Below, piece after piece: positions 9,867 through 20,463 of a stretch of 43,707 nt of DNA. Within the stretch, counting starts at the first letter, position 1; each line of letters begins with the position of its first letter. A program made the position numbers and the translations under genes. This stretch comes from an uncultured bacterium (GTDB lineage: Bacteria > JAGOEH01). The DNA lies in the NCBI GenBank assembly GCA_964632485.1, contig CAZWDO010000015.1, positions 62,001 through 105,707 of the forward strand. The letters run 5' to 3'. Under the pieces are notes generated by a model, which saw only the letters and a list, made by a program, of their open reading frames with translations, ran no database searches and was not told the DNA's origin.

Positions 9867-10398
9867 TAATTAATTCCTTGATATAGAAATTATGATTGGT
9901 ATAGACACAGATATCAGCGGCAACTTCCAACGATTTTTGCACAACCTGGATCGCATCCATTCCAGGCAACTGGATTAGAGCCCGGGCGGCGGCTAAGGCA
10001 TAATTGCCACCGGAACCAATTGCAATAATTCCATCATCGGGTTCGATGATCTCCCCTGTTCCGGAGATTAATAAACCGTTGTTTTGATCATATACGGTTA
10101 ACATCGCTTCCAGATTACGCAGATATTTGTCCGTACGCCATTCCTTGACCAAGCCGATCGCTGCGCGGTACATCTGCCCTTTATGTTCCTCCAGTTTATT
10201 TTCAAATAATTCAAACAACATCATGGCATCAGCGACAGCGCCGGCAAAACCGGCAATGATGGTATTGTTATACAATAACCGGATTTTTTTGGCTTTGCTC
10301 TTTACAATAGTCTCCCCGATTGTAACTTGCCCATCCGCGCCCATCGCCACCCGATTATTTTTTTTCAATCCAATAACAGTTGTTCCGTGTATCAACAT
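9856..10398 (-). CDS. hslV: ATP-dependent protease peptidase subunit HslV
   Basis: ATG at 10398 follows a GAGGAG SD (10405-10410). MLIHG|TTVIG gives the catalytic Thr1; also ADGQVT, WRTDKYLR, GSGGNYALAAARAL and ICVYTN. Confidence 0.97.
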   Translation of the reverse strand: MLIHGTTVIGLKKNNRVAMGADGQVTIGETIVKSKAKKIRLLYNNTIIAGFAGAVADAMMLFELFENKLEEHKGQMYRAAIGLVKEWRTDKYLRNLEAMLTVYDQNNGLLISGTGEIIEPDDGIIAIGSGGNYALAAARALIQLPGMDAIQVVQKSLEVAADICVYTNHNFYIKELINEE

Positions 10399-10558
10399 TT
10401 TTTTCTCCTCTACTCTATTGGCGGTCAATAAATTCCTGATCTGACTCCCGTTTTAAATACATATTATGGATTATCTCCAGCTTTTTAACAGCATAATGAC
10501 TTCTGCCAAATTCTAAACCGAAGGACAACCTGTATTGATTGAATGAAGTGTTTCATCT

Positions 10559-12586
10559 CTATTCTTCCAAAAGCTTGTCATCACTCTCATCCTTTTTTAG
10601 TAACTGATAGAATTTTCGGATTTCATCCCGCAGTTGAGCGGCTTTTTCAAATTCCAGTTCAGTGGCAAAACGGTTCATTTGTTCTTTCAACATAACAATC
10701 ATCATTTCAATTTCATGACGGGTTCTGGCATAATTTTCCCGTTGATGAAGCAATTGATTCAATAAATCATCCTGAGTCGTTATCGGGGTTTTTAAAGAAT
10801 CGTCAATCGAACGGACGACGGTTTTAGGTTCAATGTGGTGTTGGCGATTATATTCCAACTGGATGTGACGACGCCGTTCAGCTTCGTCAATGGCGCGCTG
10901 CATGGAACCGGTAATCCGGTCGGCATAGAAAATCACTTTACCGTTAATATTTCGGGCTGCGCGTCCCATCGTTTGGATCAATGAGGTTTCACTTCTGAGA
11001 AACCCCTCTTTATCAGCATCAAAAACGGCAACCAGGCTGACTTCGGGGAGATCGAGGCCCTCTCTTAAAAGGTTAATCCCTATAAGAATATCGAAATCAC
11101 CGGTACGCAAACCTCGTAATATCTCCACCCGTTCGAGAGCATCGATTTCTGAATGCAGATAGCGAACTTTAAAATCAAATTGAAGGAGATAGGTCGTTAA
11201 ATCTTCAGCCATTTTTTTGGTAAGAGTTGTCGCCAGGACACGTTCTTTGCGCGCGGTAACAGATTTTATCTCTTGAATAAAATCATCGACCTGGGTGGCC
11301 GAAGGTCTGATGATAATTTCAGGATCCACAATACCCGTCGGGCGAACAAGCTGTTCAACAATACTTCCTTCGGATTTTTCCAGTTCATAGGGACCGGGAG
11401 TGGCGCTAACAAATACAATTTGAGATATTTTTTCCTCAAATTCGTGAAAAAACATGGGCCGGTTATCCAAAGCCGAGGGTAAACGAAAGCCATAATTGAC
11501 CAGAACTTCTTTTCGACTCCGGTCGCCGGCAAACATTCCGCGCAATTGGGGAATGGTTACATGCGATTCATCAATAAATATCAGAAAATCATCGGGGAAA
11601 AAGTCGATGAGCGTATAGGGTCGTGTTCCAGCCGGCCGTCCACTTAATATACGCGAATAATTCTCAATCCCACTACAGTAGCCTACTTCACGGATCATTT
11701 CCAGATCATAGAGAGTGCGTTGTTCGATCCGTTGAGCTTCTACCAAACGGTTTTCCTTCTGAAAACGCGCGATGGTTTCCCGGAGTTCATCCTTTACCGT
11801 AGCGACTGCCTGCGCTAATCGCTCTTCGTTGGTGATAAAATGTTTCGCAGGATACAATATAAACGATGTGCGTTCTTCAAATGATTTCCCGGTAACCGGA
11901 TCAATGAATTGCAGTTTTTCCAATTCATCTCCCCAGAACATCAACCGGATTCCCCATTTTTCATAAGCCGGAAAAACATCAACAAAGTCTCCTCTCACTC
12001 TGAACGTTCCTCGTTCGGTGGAACTATCATTGCGCTCATAATACATATCGACCAATCGTCGAAGTAAATCGCGACGGGGATATTCATTCCCGGATTTTAG
12101 GAAAAAAGTTGCGTTGCGGTACTCTTCTGGCGATCCCAAACCATATATACAAGAAACACTTGAGACAATAACCACATCGCGACGTTCCATTAATGAACTG
12201 GTAGCTTTCAGCCGTAATCGTTCAATTTCATCATTGACTGTGGTTTCCTTTTCAATGTATGTATCGGTTGTGGCTACATACGCTTCCGGTTGATAATAAT
12301 CGTAATAACTCACGAAATACTCTACCGCGTTTTCCGGGAAAAAAAGTTTAAACTCATTAAATAATTGAGCAGCTAAGGTTTTATTATGAGAAAGGACAAG
12401 CGCGGGCCGATTACAGGCTGCGATGAGATTGGCCATGATGAACGTTTTTCCACAACCGGTTACTCCTAGTAAGGTCTGGAACTTCTGTTTTTTTTCCAGG
12501 GAGTCTATGAGTTGGTCCAGCGATCGCTGTTGAGCATCCGTCAATGAAAATGGCGATTGAATTCGGAATTGATCAATGATAGTCAT
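10559..12586 (-). CDS. uvrB: Excinuclease ABC subunit B
   Basis: LGVTGCGKT, YFVSYYDYYQPEAY, DESH, LREGLDLPEVSLV, QTMGRAARN and C-terminal UVR motif FEKAAQLRD. Confidence 0.98.
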   Translation of the reverse strand: MTIIDQFRIQSPFSLTDAQQRSLDQLIDSLEKKQKFQTLLGVTGCGKTFIMANLIAACNRPALVLSHNKTLAAQLFNEFKLFFPENAVEYFVSYYDYYQPEAYVATTDTYIEKETTVNDEIERLRLKATSSLMERRDVVIVSSVSCIYGLGSPEEYRNATFFLKSGNEYPRRDLLRRLVDMYYERNDSSTERGTFRVRGDFVDVFPAYEKWGIRLMFWGDELEKLQFIDPVTGKSFEERTSFILYPAKHFITNEERLAQAVATVKDELRETIARFQKENRLVEAQRIEQRTLYDLEMIREVGYCSGIENYSRILSGRPAGTRPYTLIDFFPDDFLIFIDESHVTIPQLRGMFAGDRSRKEVLVNYGFRLPSALDNRPMFFHEFEEKISQIVFVSATPGPYELEKSEGSIVEQLVRPTGIVDPEIIIRPSATQVDDFIQEIKSVTARKERVLATTLTKKMAEDLTTYLLQFDFKVRYLHSEIDALERVEILRGLRTGDFDILIGINLLREGLDLPEVSLVAVFDADKEGFLRSETSLIQTMGRAARNINGKVIFYADRITGSMQRAIDEAERRRHIQLEYNRQHHIEPKTVVRSIDDSLKTPITTQDDLLNQLLHQRENYARTRHEIEMMIVMLKEQMNRFATELEFEKAAQLRDEIRKFYQLLKKDESDDKLLEE

Positions 12587-12819
12587 TTAGTATTTTCTGC
12601 TGAATCGCGTATTTCTTCAAAAGGGACATCACTGATATTTTTGGGATCTATGAACATATCATATTTGTCGCCTGAAGATTTTTGCTGATTTTGCTTCATT
12701 TTTTCCGATTGTCGGAAATTAATTTTAATGAGTATCTGTTTTAATACTTTCCAAGCTCTATAGATTTTATAAACCAGATAAAACAAAATGATGAGCAAAA
12801 GCAGTTTAAGCATATTCAA
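12583..12819 (-). CDS. Small single-TM hypothetical protein (DUF4834-like architecture)
   Basis: N-terminal hydrophobic helix and acidic C-terminal DVPFEEI; 4-nt overlaps with both neighbours suggest translational coupling. Confidence 0.65.
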   Translation of the reverse strand: MNMLKLLLLIILFYLVYKIYRAWKVLKQILIKINFRQSEKMKQNQQKSSGDKYDMFIDPKNISDVPFEEIRDSAENTK

Positions 12820-13211
12820 TCCTTTTGATGAAAAAGGTGGCTAGTCATTTTTTCCTGGCAAAAAGATCCCATCTGGGGAGCATAATACTCGATCAATTCC
12901 ATGATGCGTTCTTCAGCCAGGGTAATCAAACGGGCTTTCATTCGTCGGGAGTCGATATCCAATCCTGAATCAGCCCATTGATGGCTAATAAGTTGCATTT
13001 CTGAAACAATTTCATTGAAACGCATATATTGGTTTAAAACATCCAGTTCATTGGGGTCAAACTGTTGATAATTCTTTTTTATCATTAAAATCAGTTCATG
13101 GGCAAATTGCAGTAAATGGCGTTCCATACCAGTATCACGTTTATCCTCTAATAAATAAGTCTCTCTCAACAAACGACAGGTCATTCTATCATGTAATTGA
13201 TCATAATCCAT
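12816..13211 (-). CDS. Hypothetical helical protein (about 131 aa)
   Basis: Fills the gap between xerD and the small TM gene. ATG at 13211 (MDYDQLHDR) overlaps the xerD 3' end; the longer 13304 start runs far into xerD. Confidence 0.65.
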   Translation of the reverse strand: MDYDQLHDRMTCRLLRETYLLEDKRDTGMERHLLQFAHELILMIKKNYQQFDPNELDVLNQYMRFNEIVSEMQLISHQWADSGLDIDSRRMKARLITLAEERIMELIEYYAPQMGSFCQEKMTSHLFHQKD

Positions 13212-14109
13212 GCCAGTGGTCCCGGGGATGAAATGTTCGGTGGACTTCTCGGAGATAATCGCGGTCGATATGGGTATATATCTCGGTCGTTGATATATCG
13301 GCATGTCCTAGAAGCTCTTGGACTGATCGCAGGTTCGCTCCTCCTTCCAGGAGATGCGTTGCAAATGAATGTCTTAAGGTATGAGGGCTAACATGCTTTT
13401 CCATATCGGTTTTACCTACCCAATGCTTTAGTATTTTCCAAAATCCCACCCGTGTCAGAGGTCGGCCTCTTAAATTAAGGAAAACGATGGGATTTGTAGA
13501 GTCTTTCAGAATTTGGGGCCGAATATCGCGTAAGTAAAGTTGAAGATAGTGCCGGGCATAGCGTCCTAAAGGAACTAAGCGTTCTTTGCTTCCCTTGCCG
13601 AATATTCGGATCACTTCCTGCTCAAAAAATACCTGTTGGCGGCTCAAACCAATGAGTTCCGATACGCGCAAACCGGAACCATACATCACTTCAAACATTG
13701 CGCGGTCGCGGATTCCCGCCGGGGCGCTGATATCGACAACTTTAAGCAGTTTTTCGATTTCAGGTATCGTCATGACTTCAGGAAGAGTTTTCCAGCTTTT
13801 CGGCTTGCGCAATTCTTCAACCGGATTCTTTTTTATCACTCCCTCATCAATCAGATAATTAAAAAAAGTGCGAAAGGCTGAAATATTGCGGGAAAGACTA
13901 TTACTGCAAAGTCCAATGTCCGCCAGTATCTGAAGCAATTTCAATATATCCAGGTCAGTTAATTCATCAATCGATTTTTTTAACTCTCGGACGCAAAAAT
14001 CTAACATCCGCTTTATATCATTGGAATAACTTTCAACGGTCAATTCACTATACCCTTTTTCAAGACGGATGAAGTTTAAAAAATTATCAAGATAAATTGA
14101 TGGTTCCAT
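13201..14109 (-). CDS. xerD: Site-specific tyrosine recombinase XerD
   Basis: RDRAMFEVMYGSGLRVSEL, GKGSKERLVP, SPHTLRHSFATHLLEGGANLRSVQELLGHADISTTEIYTH, and FHPR near the C-terminus. Confidence 0.9.
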   Translation of the reverse strand: MEPSIYLDNFLNFIRLEKGYSELTVESYSNDIKRMLDFCVRELKKSIDELTDLDILKLLQILADIGLCSNSLSRNISAFRTFFNYLIDEGVIKKNPVEELRKPKSWKTLPEVMTIPEIEKLLKVVDISAPAGIRDRAMFEVMYGSGLRVSELIGLSRQQVFFEQEVIRIFGKGSKERLVPLGRYARHYLQLYLRDIRPQILKDSTNPIVFLNLRGRPLTRVGFWKILKHWVGKTDMEKHVSPHTLRHSFATHLLEGGANLRSVQELLGHADISTTEIYTHIDRDYLREVHRTFHPRDHWHGL

Positions 14110-14156
14110 TTAGTATATATTACTCATCGCCTATTAAAAAAGTTCCTTTAGTTCTG

Positions 14157-14798
14157 TTAATTGAGGTTTTTTAAATAAGGATTGTGTTTCTGTTCTGATT
14201 GGAAAATCGTGTTAATGCCATGTCCGGGAAATATTTTAGTTTTCGGAAGAATCATACGTATAAGTTTGGCAAGTGATTGATTCATTTTATTCAAATCGCC
14301 GCCCGGCAGATCTACCCGTCCGATCGAACCGGTAAAAAGAGTATCCCCGCTGAATAACCATCCTAAATTAGTAAAATAGTAGCAAACGCTGCCGTCAGTA
14401 TGACCGGGAGTATTGATCACGGTGACATCCTCCCCGATACCGGAATCGATGGTCTCAATTTCATTGCTCCATAAATGAACGGGAACTGAAAATCGATATT
14501 TTTTCCCCATCCAGCTTGAAAGATTCAGGTTTTCATCGATTAAAAAATTTGCATCCAATTGATGAATATAGACAGGAACATGAAAGGATTCTACTAAGAA
14601 TTCGACTCCACCGATATGATCGAAATGGCCGTGGGTTAACCAAATCGCCAGGGGTTTCAAATGACGGGAGTTAATAAACTCATTCAGTTCGGAGCAAATT
14701 TCGGCTGGATCAATAATAATCGTGTTTTGATCATTTTCATTATACAAAACGTAGCAATTAGTGGCCAAGTCCGTTAGTGTAAAACGTTTAATCTGCAT
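14157..14798 (-). CDS. Metallo-beta-lactamase-fold hydrolase (glyoxalase II / YcbL-like)
   Basis: THGHFDHIGG, TPGHTDG, FSGDTLF, GRVDLPGG and PGHG motifs. Confidence 0.92.
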   Translation of the reverse strand: MQIKRFTLTDLATNCYVLYNENDQNTIIIDPAEICSELNEFINSRHLKPLAIWLTHGHFDHIGGVEFLVESFHVPVYIHQLDANFLIDENLNLSSWMGKKYRFSVPVHLWSNEIETIDSGIGEDVTVINTPGHTDGSVCYYFTNLGWLFSGDTLFTGSIGRVDLPGGDLNKMNQSLAKLIRMILPKTKIFPGHGINTIFQSEQKHNPYLKNLN

Positions 14799-16731
14799 TC
14801 AACTTTCCTTCTGGCCAATTTGGTAGATACCAAATTTTTCACGAACAATTTGCATTTCGGGGGCATGGAAAAAATTATAGATAGTCATCGCTGTCTTTTT
14901 AGGGATTTGATGATTCATCAGGTCTTCCTTACTGGCTTGAGAAATCTTTTCAAGAGAGCCGTATGTGGATAATAGAAGTTTTTTTCGTTGGAGACCCACA
15001 CCTGGAATTTCATCCAGAGCTGAATGAATAAAATTACGTTGACGCCAGTTTTGATGCGATTTTACAGCGAAACGATGAGCCTCGTCTCTTAATGCCTGCA
15101 ATAATCGAAGAGCCGCCGAAGTTTTACTCAATATGAGCGGTTCATTTGTATTCAGCCGATAGAGTTCTTCAAACCGTTTCGCCAGACCGAAGATAGGAAT
15201 CGTGTTAATCTCTAATTCCTGTAATTGTTGTCGGGCAAATTCGAGCTGAATGGGACCGCCATCAATCAAAATAAGATCTGGCAACGGGGAGTTTTCTTTT
15301 AAAACCCGTTGATATCGCCGTCTGACCGTTTCTGCTATAGCCTTGAAATCATCAATGCCGGTTACCGTTTGAATATGGAATTGACGATACTCCTTTTTGG
15401 CGGGTTTGCCGTTGATAAAACAGATACATGAACCCACCATCTCCTTGCCGGATAAATGACTGATATCGAAAGCCTCTATGCGGATGGGTGGCAGAGATAG
15501 GGCCAGACTTTTTTGCAATGCCAGCACGACCGGATTTGTTTTTTGATTCATTATGTATGGTTTCTATTGGTTTATCGCCTTTTATNNNNNNNNNNCGCAT
15601 ATTCTTCCATATAATAAACCGCGTTTTGATGAACCATTTCCAGCAAACGGGCATCATCCCCCCGGTGATGAAAGCGGAGTTGAACTCTATGACCCGATTT
15701 CTGTTCCAGCCATTTCTCTAATAACTCCGTATCGGCCAACTCGACGGTTAAATCAATTTTGTCAGGAATTATATCCTGATCAAAATAATACTGCTTGATA
15801 GCCGCTTCTAAAATGGCCGATGTTTCATTTTCTTCACTGCATTCAATGGCAAACCGTTTTTTACCGATCAATTTGCCTTGGCGGATCTGGAAAATGACAA
15901 TGCTGCCATACGTATTTGAAACAGAAATCCCGACAAGATNNNNNNNNNNNNNNNNNNNNCAACTTCGGTTTCTTTGGCCACAGTTTGCCTTAGAGCTAAT
16001 TTGCGAACTCCCAATAATAGATCTCTCCATTTGGCAGCTTCTTCGAAACGCTCATTTTGCGCAGCGCAACGCATTTTTTTCTGTACCATTGTTTCGATCG
16101 GTACAATTCTTCCCATCAAAAAATTTTGGATCACGTCAATATTTTCACGGTATTCTTCCCGACTGATAAAACCTGCGCATGGACCCGGACAGCGCCGAAT
16201 CTGGTAGTTCAGACACGGTTTATATAGTTTCCCTCCCGCATGAAGCTCAAGAAGACAATCCCGATATTGAAAAAGAGAGCGTAAAGCGCGAATATTTTGC
16301 CGTAACTCTTTTACCTCTGTAAAAGGGCCAAAGTACTTTCCCCCATCCTTAATCAGTTTCCGGGTAATGATCACCCGCGGAAAATCTTCATGCGTTATTT
16401 TTAGATAGGGATATCGCTTATCATCCTTCAAATTGATATTATAATGCGGCCTATGCTGTTTGATCAGGTTAGCTTCGAGAATAAGCGCTTCAACTTCGCT
16501 ATGGGTTGAAATATATTCAATGGTTTCGATGCGGGAAATAAGCCGTCGGGTCTTAATTGGCAAACTTTCAGGTTTTTGAAAATAAGATAAAAGGCGATCC
16601 GGCAAACAGCGCGCTTTGCCAATATAGAGGATCTCCCCTTGGCTATTCTTCATTAAATAGACTCCGGGAACGCACGGAAACTGATGAATTTCCTGACGGA
16701 AGCGTAATCTTCGATCCTCGGCTTTTTTCAA
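14799..16731 (-). CDS. uvrC: Excinuclease ABC subunit C, broken across two N-gaps and possibly split into two ORFs
   Basis: GIY-YIG N-terminus (PGVYLMK...YIGKA...YNINLKDDKRYPY), Cys cluster and UVR motif FEEAAKWRD. Middle part is in another frame (16030-15572 ORF). C-terminal ORF 15551-14799 has RIEAFDISH, PDLILIDGG, RDEAHRFA and HhH IPGVG. N-gaps at 15940-15959 and 15586-15595. Confidence 0.93.
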
Positions 16732-18199
16732 TTGCTGCTCTGTTCTTGAAAGGCTTCATAATTATCATGCAAATTTTTTTGGACCTGGAGATCTTCCAAT
16801 CCAAATTCATGAAGCAATTCAATGTCGTAATGAATCCATTCTGGCAAGGACTCGCCGGCATTACTGAAAAGATTGGCCAAATAAACAATTTTTACCAGCA
16901 TTTGGTTTTCAATGGGAGCCTGGAATGGCGAATGATGATACTGGATTGTTTTAACAAGATAATCAGGAAAATTCCATTTTTGAGCAATGAGCGAGCCAAT
17001 GACCGAATGACTGATTCCCAACATGATTTCTTCCAATAAATCAACACTCACTTGCTTTTGTTTAATAAAAAAATTGATTTTTTCCGTTATCGATTGATTC
17101 AGGCTCATGAGGATAATTTTACCCAAATCATGCAATAAGCCTGCCAGCGCTGCATTCTCCAGCAAACGATTTTGCTTTTTATGTTCAGCGATGATCCGCG
17201 CCCAGACTGAAACTGATTTTGTATGACTCCATATCTTCTCGCCGGTTTTATAGCGATCGAACAAAATCCGTTTGGCTCCGGCTGTCAACAATAACGCTTC
17301 CAAATTCTTGAATCCCATTCTGACTACGGCTTCCTGGATATTATCGCTTTTTTTATTCGCGGCAAAACATGCAGAATTTGCTAATTTTAGAACATCAGCG
17401 GAAAGAGCAGGGTCTTTCATAATATGATGGGCAATGATACTAATCGAAGTTTCCGGATTGCGGCAAAGTTGGAGTAGTTGTTGAACATTTTGTGGAAAGC
17501 TCGGTAAATCCGATATTTCTTCCAAAATTCGCTCTTTAATTTTATGAACCATAGTTGGAGATCGAATTTCAAAGGGAATGAACACTTCCACTTCTGTCTG
17601 CTTGTCTGATAAATGTACCTTGAAGGCATTCGCAGAGAGACCCATGCTCTTAAGAAGAATCATAATCAATATAATTCCCAATCCTGCGCCTTCAGTTTCA
17701 TCGTGAACCTGGTTGAAAGCTTCCAGAAAATCATCACACTCTTCGCCAATTCTCACCCGTGAAATCATCCGCTCCTTTTCGATCTGCGTTAAAATACCCT
17801 GATTAGCTATTTTAATTTGCAAACCTGAAGAACGTCGTACTAATTCAAAATCGATCAGATAATTGAACTTTTTCAATTCCGTTTCGATTTCTTCGCGCTG
17901 GCTAATCAATTCCTGTTTAAACCTGCCATCGCTTGGTGATAGTGCTCGGGTTGGTTGATATCCAACCCGAGTGATTGAAAGTAGAGTCGTTTGCGATTAG
18001 CCTTATAGCTATTGAAAATGACTTCACGAATAATTGTATGGATCGCTTCCAGCAGAAAAGTTTGATCATGCTCGCTCAGAATATGATACAAAACATGATA
18101 TAATTGAGTCAACAGATCGGAATTGGGCGTGGGAAACGAAATTTTAAATTGGCCAATACGTGAATACTCTTTGTACTGGCTTGATAAATCCTGATTCAT
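16728..18199 (-). CDS. HATPase-like + HDOD signalling protein, frameshifted at about 17915-17921 (ORFs 18199-17906 and 17909-16728)
   Basis: Upstream ORF carries an N-box-like IIREVIFNSYKANRKRLYF. Downstream ORF carries the G-box DETEGAGLG and then HDOD motifs (LPSFPQ, KDPALSADVLKLANS, WSHT, GLLHDLGK, H...G..IAQKWNFP, YHH). Confidence 0.82.
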
Positions 18200-18207
18200 G
18201 TTAAATC

Positions 18208-19221
18208 CTAAAAATCGAGCAATTCAACTTCAAAAATAAGATAAGCATTGGCGGGAATAACATCGCCAGCTCCGCGACCGCCATAACCGAGTTCGGGTGG
18301 AATGATAAACGTACGTTTTTCACCTTTTTTCATTAATAGTATTCCCTCATCCCAACCGGGAATTACCCGTCCGACACCTATTACGAACTCAAAGGGCTGA
18401 TTACGTTTATAAGAACTATCGAATTCCTTGTCCCCGTCTAACAGGCGACCGACATAATTGACCTTGACCCGGGTACCGGACTGTGGAGGTTCGCCGTTCC
18501 CTTTACGGTCAACAATATACATCAAACCCGAAGCCGTCGTTTCAAAAGCGGGGAATTTGTCTCCGATCATTTTCATGATCTTGTTCTTTTGTTCTGTCTG
18601 GCGACGCTCTTGTTCGCCCTTAATGGCAAGAACCAAACTATCAAACATGCTATTGGATGGTTGAAATTTTTCAGCCATTTCTCCATTACGAATAATTTTG
18701 ACTTTTTTAATAATATCACCCTGAACAATATTATTGACAACATCTTGGCCGATAACAACTTTACCGAAAACCGCATGTTTCCCGTCGAGGTGGGGAGTGG
18801 CCTTATACGTGATAAAAAACTGGCTGCCATTCGTATTGGGTCCGGCATTGGCCATGGACAACACCCCTGCGGTGTCATGTATCAATTCGGGGTTAAATTC
18901 GTCCGGGAAATCGTATCCCGGTCCCCCACGGCCAGTACCCTCGGGATCGCCGCCCTGAATTACAAAATCCGGCACGACACGATGAAATGTCAATCCGTCA
19001 TAAAAGGGTTCACCCTCGCTGCGGGCGCTATTCTTCAGTTTACCTTCCGCTAAACCGACAAAATTGCAGACCGTCAACGGAGCTTTTTCAAATTGGAGAC
19101 GAATATAAATATCACCCTTATTCGTCTCCAATTTCGCAAATAGCCCATCAGGCAGTTCATTTTTAATGCAAGCGGTCATAACCATGGCAACCACCCAGAA
19201 CATAACATACCAACGTGACAT
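18208..19221 (-). CDS. Bifunctional cyclophilin-FKBP peptidyl-prolyl isomerase, probable lipoprotein
   Basis: Signal ending MTAC. Cyclophilin motifs [32 protein letters not shown] and [13 protein letters not shown] motifs [21 protein letters not shown] and [14 protein letters not shown]. Confidence 0.95.
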   Translation of the reverse strand: MSRWYVMFWVVAMVMTACIKNELPDGLFAKLETNKGDIYIRLQFEKAPLTVCNFVGLAEGKLKNSARSEGEPFYDGLTFHRVVPDFVIQGGDPEGTGRGGPGYDFPDEFNPELIHDTAGVLSMANAGPNTNGSQFFITYKATPHLDGKHAVFGKVVIGQDVVNNIVQGDIIKKVKIIRNGEMAEKFQPSNSMFDSLVLAIKGEQERRQTEQKNKIMKMIGDKFPAFETTASGLMYIVDRKGNGEPPQSGTRVKVNYVGRLLDGDKEFDSSYKRNQPFEFVIGVGRVIPGWDEGILLMKKGEKRTFIIPPELGYGGRGAGDVIPANAYLIFEVELLDF

Positions 19222-19263
19222 ACGTTTCTCCTTTCGATTTGTTCAGACATATTCTTTCCCTGT

Positions 19264-20448
19264 TTAGTGTTTCAGAACTGTTTTGAATAAACGCATCATA
19301 TTGCCCCCTAAAATTTTTTTGATCTCCTCCGGACCATATCCCCGTTGCAGCAATTTTTCAGTGATGATAATCAGTTTCCCCTGATGCTCCAAACCCTCGG
19401 GCACACTCCCAATCCCGTCAAAATCCGAACCTAAGCCGACATGATCGATTCCCGCGATGCGTACCGCATGGTCGATATGATCGATTAGCCGTTCAATCGA
19501 TAGTTTCGGTAGTGTTTGATGATATTTATAATAGGTTTCACGTTTAAATGCTTTATATTCTTCTGATTCGACAGCATGAAACTGCTTCATTGAATCCAAT
19601 TGCGCATCAATGATACTATCGACGATTACTGATTTATTCTTAAAATCTTCATCAAGAAATCCTGGATAGAAATTAATCCCGATCACTCCGCCATTTTTCG
19701 CCAGAGCTTTCAGCATCTCATCGGTGAGATTGCGTTCATGCTCGCATAGCGCGCGGCAGCATGAATGTGAAACCAATGCTGGAGCCCGTGTGATTTTGAG
19801 CGCATCCCAGAAGGTGTCATCGCTGACGTGCGAAAGATCGAGCAGTATTCCCAAATCATTCATCCGTTCAACCACTTTTTCACCAAAAGCGTTAAGTCCG
19901 CCCCAACGAGCGCTGTCCCCTGCCGCATCGGCCCAGGCATTCGTATTTGTCCAGGTCAGCGTGATATAACGGACTCCACGATTGTACATCGTATCAATAA
20001 TATCCAGGTTATCCGTGATAAAATGTCCACCTTCTATCCCATATATAATGACCTTTTTATCATTTTTTAAGCATCTTTCGATATCAGACATTTTTGAACA
20101 GAGTTCAATCCGATTCGAATAAGGCTTCAGAGCTTCTTCCGATGCTCTCATCAGGTCATAAACGCGTTGGATAGCCCGGTCAGCCTGATAACGGGGAGCG
20201 ATAAAAAGGGCGAATACCTGCACATCCACTCCACCCATCTCCATCTTCATTAGATCGACATGACCGGTTTTGCGCCATTTTCCAAAATCAATGGCTTCAT
20301 CAATCAAGTCTAATGGCGTATCAGCATGAGCATCAAAAATAATCGCTTCTTGATGAAGCGTTTGAATAAATCCGGGATTAATATCCTCAGCAATAAGAGA
20401 GTAACTCATTGAAACCATCCAAATTATTAATAAATATGTGAATTTCAT
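19264..20448 (-). CDS. Membrane dipeptidase (peptidase M19), exported
   Basis: Signal peptide, DAHAD, IEGG, DLSH, SHS, HERNLTD and HVGLGSDFDG. Confidence 0.93.
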   Translation of the reverse strand: MKFTYLLIIWMVSMSYSLIAEDINPGFIQTLHQEAIIFDAHADTPLDLIDEAIDFGKWRKTGHVDLMKMEMGGVDVQVFALFIAPRYQADRAIQRVYDLMRASEEALKPYSNRIELCSKMSDIERCLKNDKKVIIYGIEGGHFITDNLDIIDTMYNRGVRYITLTWTNTNAWADAAGDSARWGGLNAFGEKVVERMNDLGILLDLSHVSDDTFWDALKITRAPALVSHSCCRALCEHERNLTDEMLKALAKNGGVIGINFYPGFLDEDFKNKSVIVDSIIDAQLDSMKQFHAVESEEYKAFKRETYYKYHQTLPKLSIERLIDHIDHAVRIAGIDHVGLGSDFDGIGSVPEGLEHQGKLIIITEKLLQRGYGPEEIKKILGGNMMRLFKTVLKH

Positions 20449-20463
20449 ATTAGGTTTTCCTCT

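Noticed and set aside
13201-14109. Tyrosine recombinase as a phage or island integrase
   Set aside because: Size and motifs match chromosomal XerD; it sits among housekeeping genes with no att site, tRNA or phage genes, about 17 kb from the accessory locus.
15935-15965. Frameshift in the uvrC N-terminal half
   Set aside because: The frame change falls within the 20-N gap and both flanks are open UvrC-like sequence, so it is a gap-length artefact.
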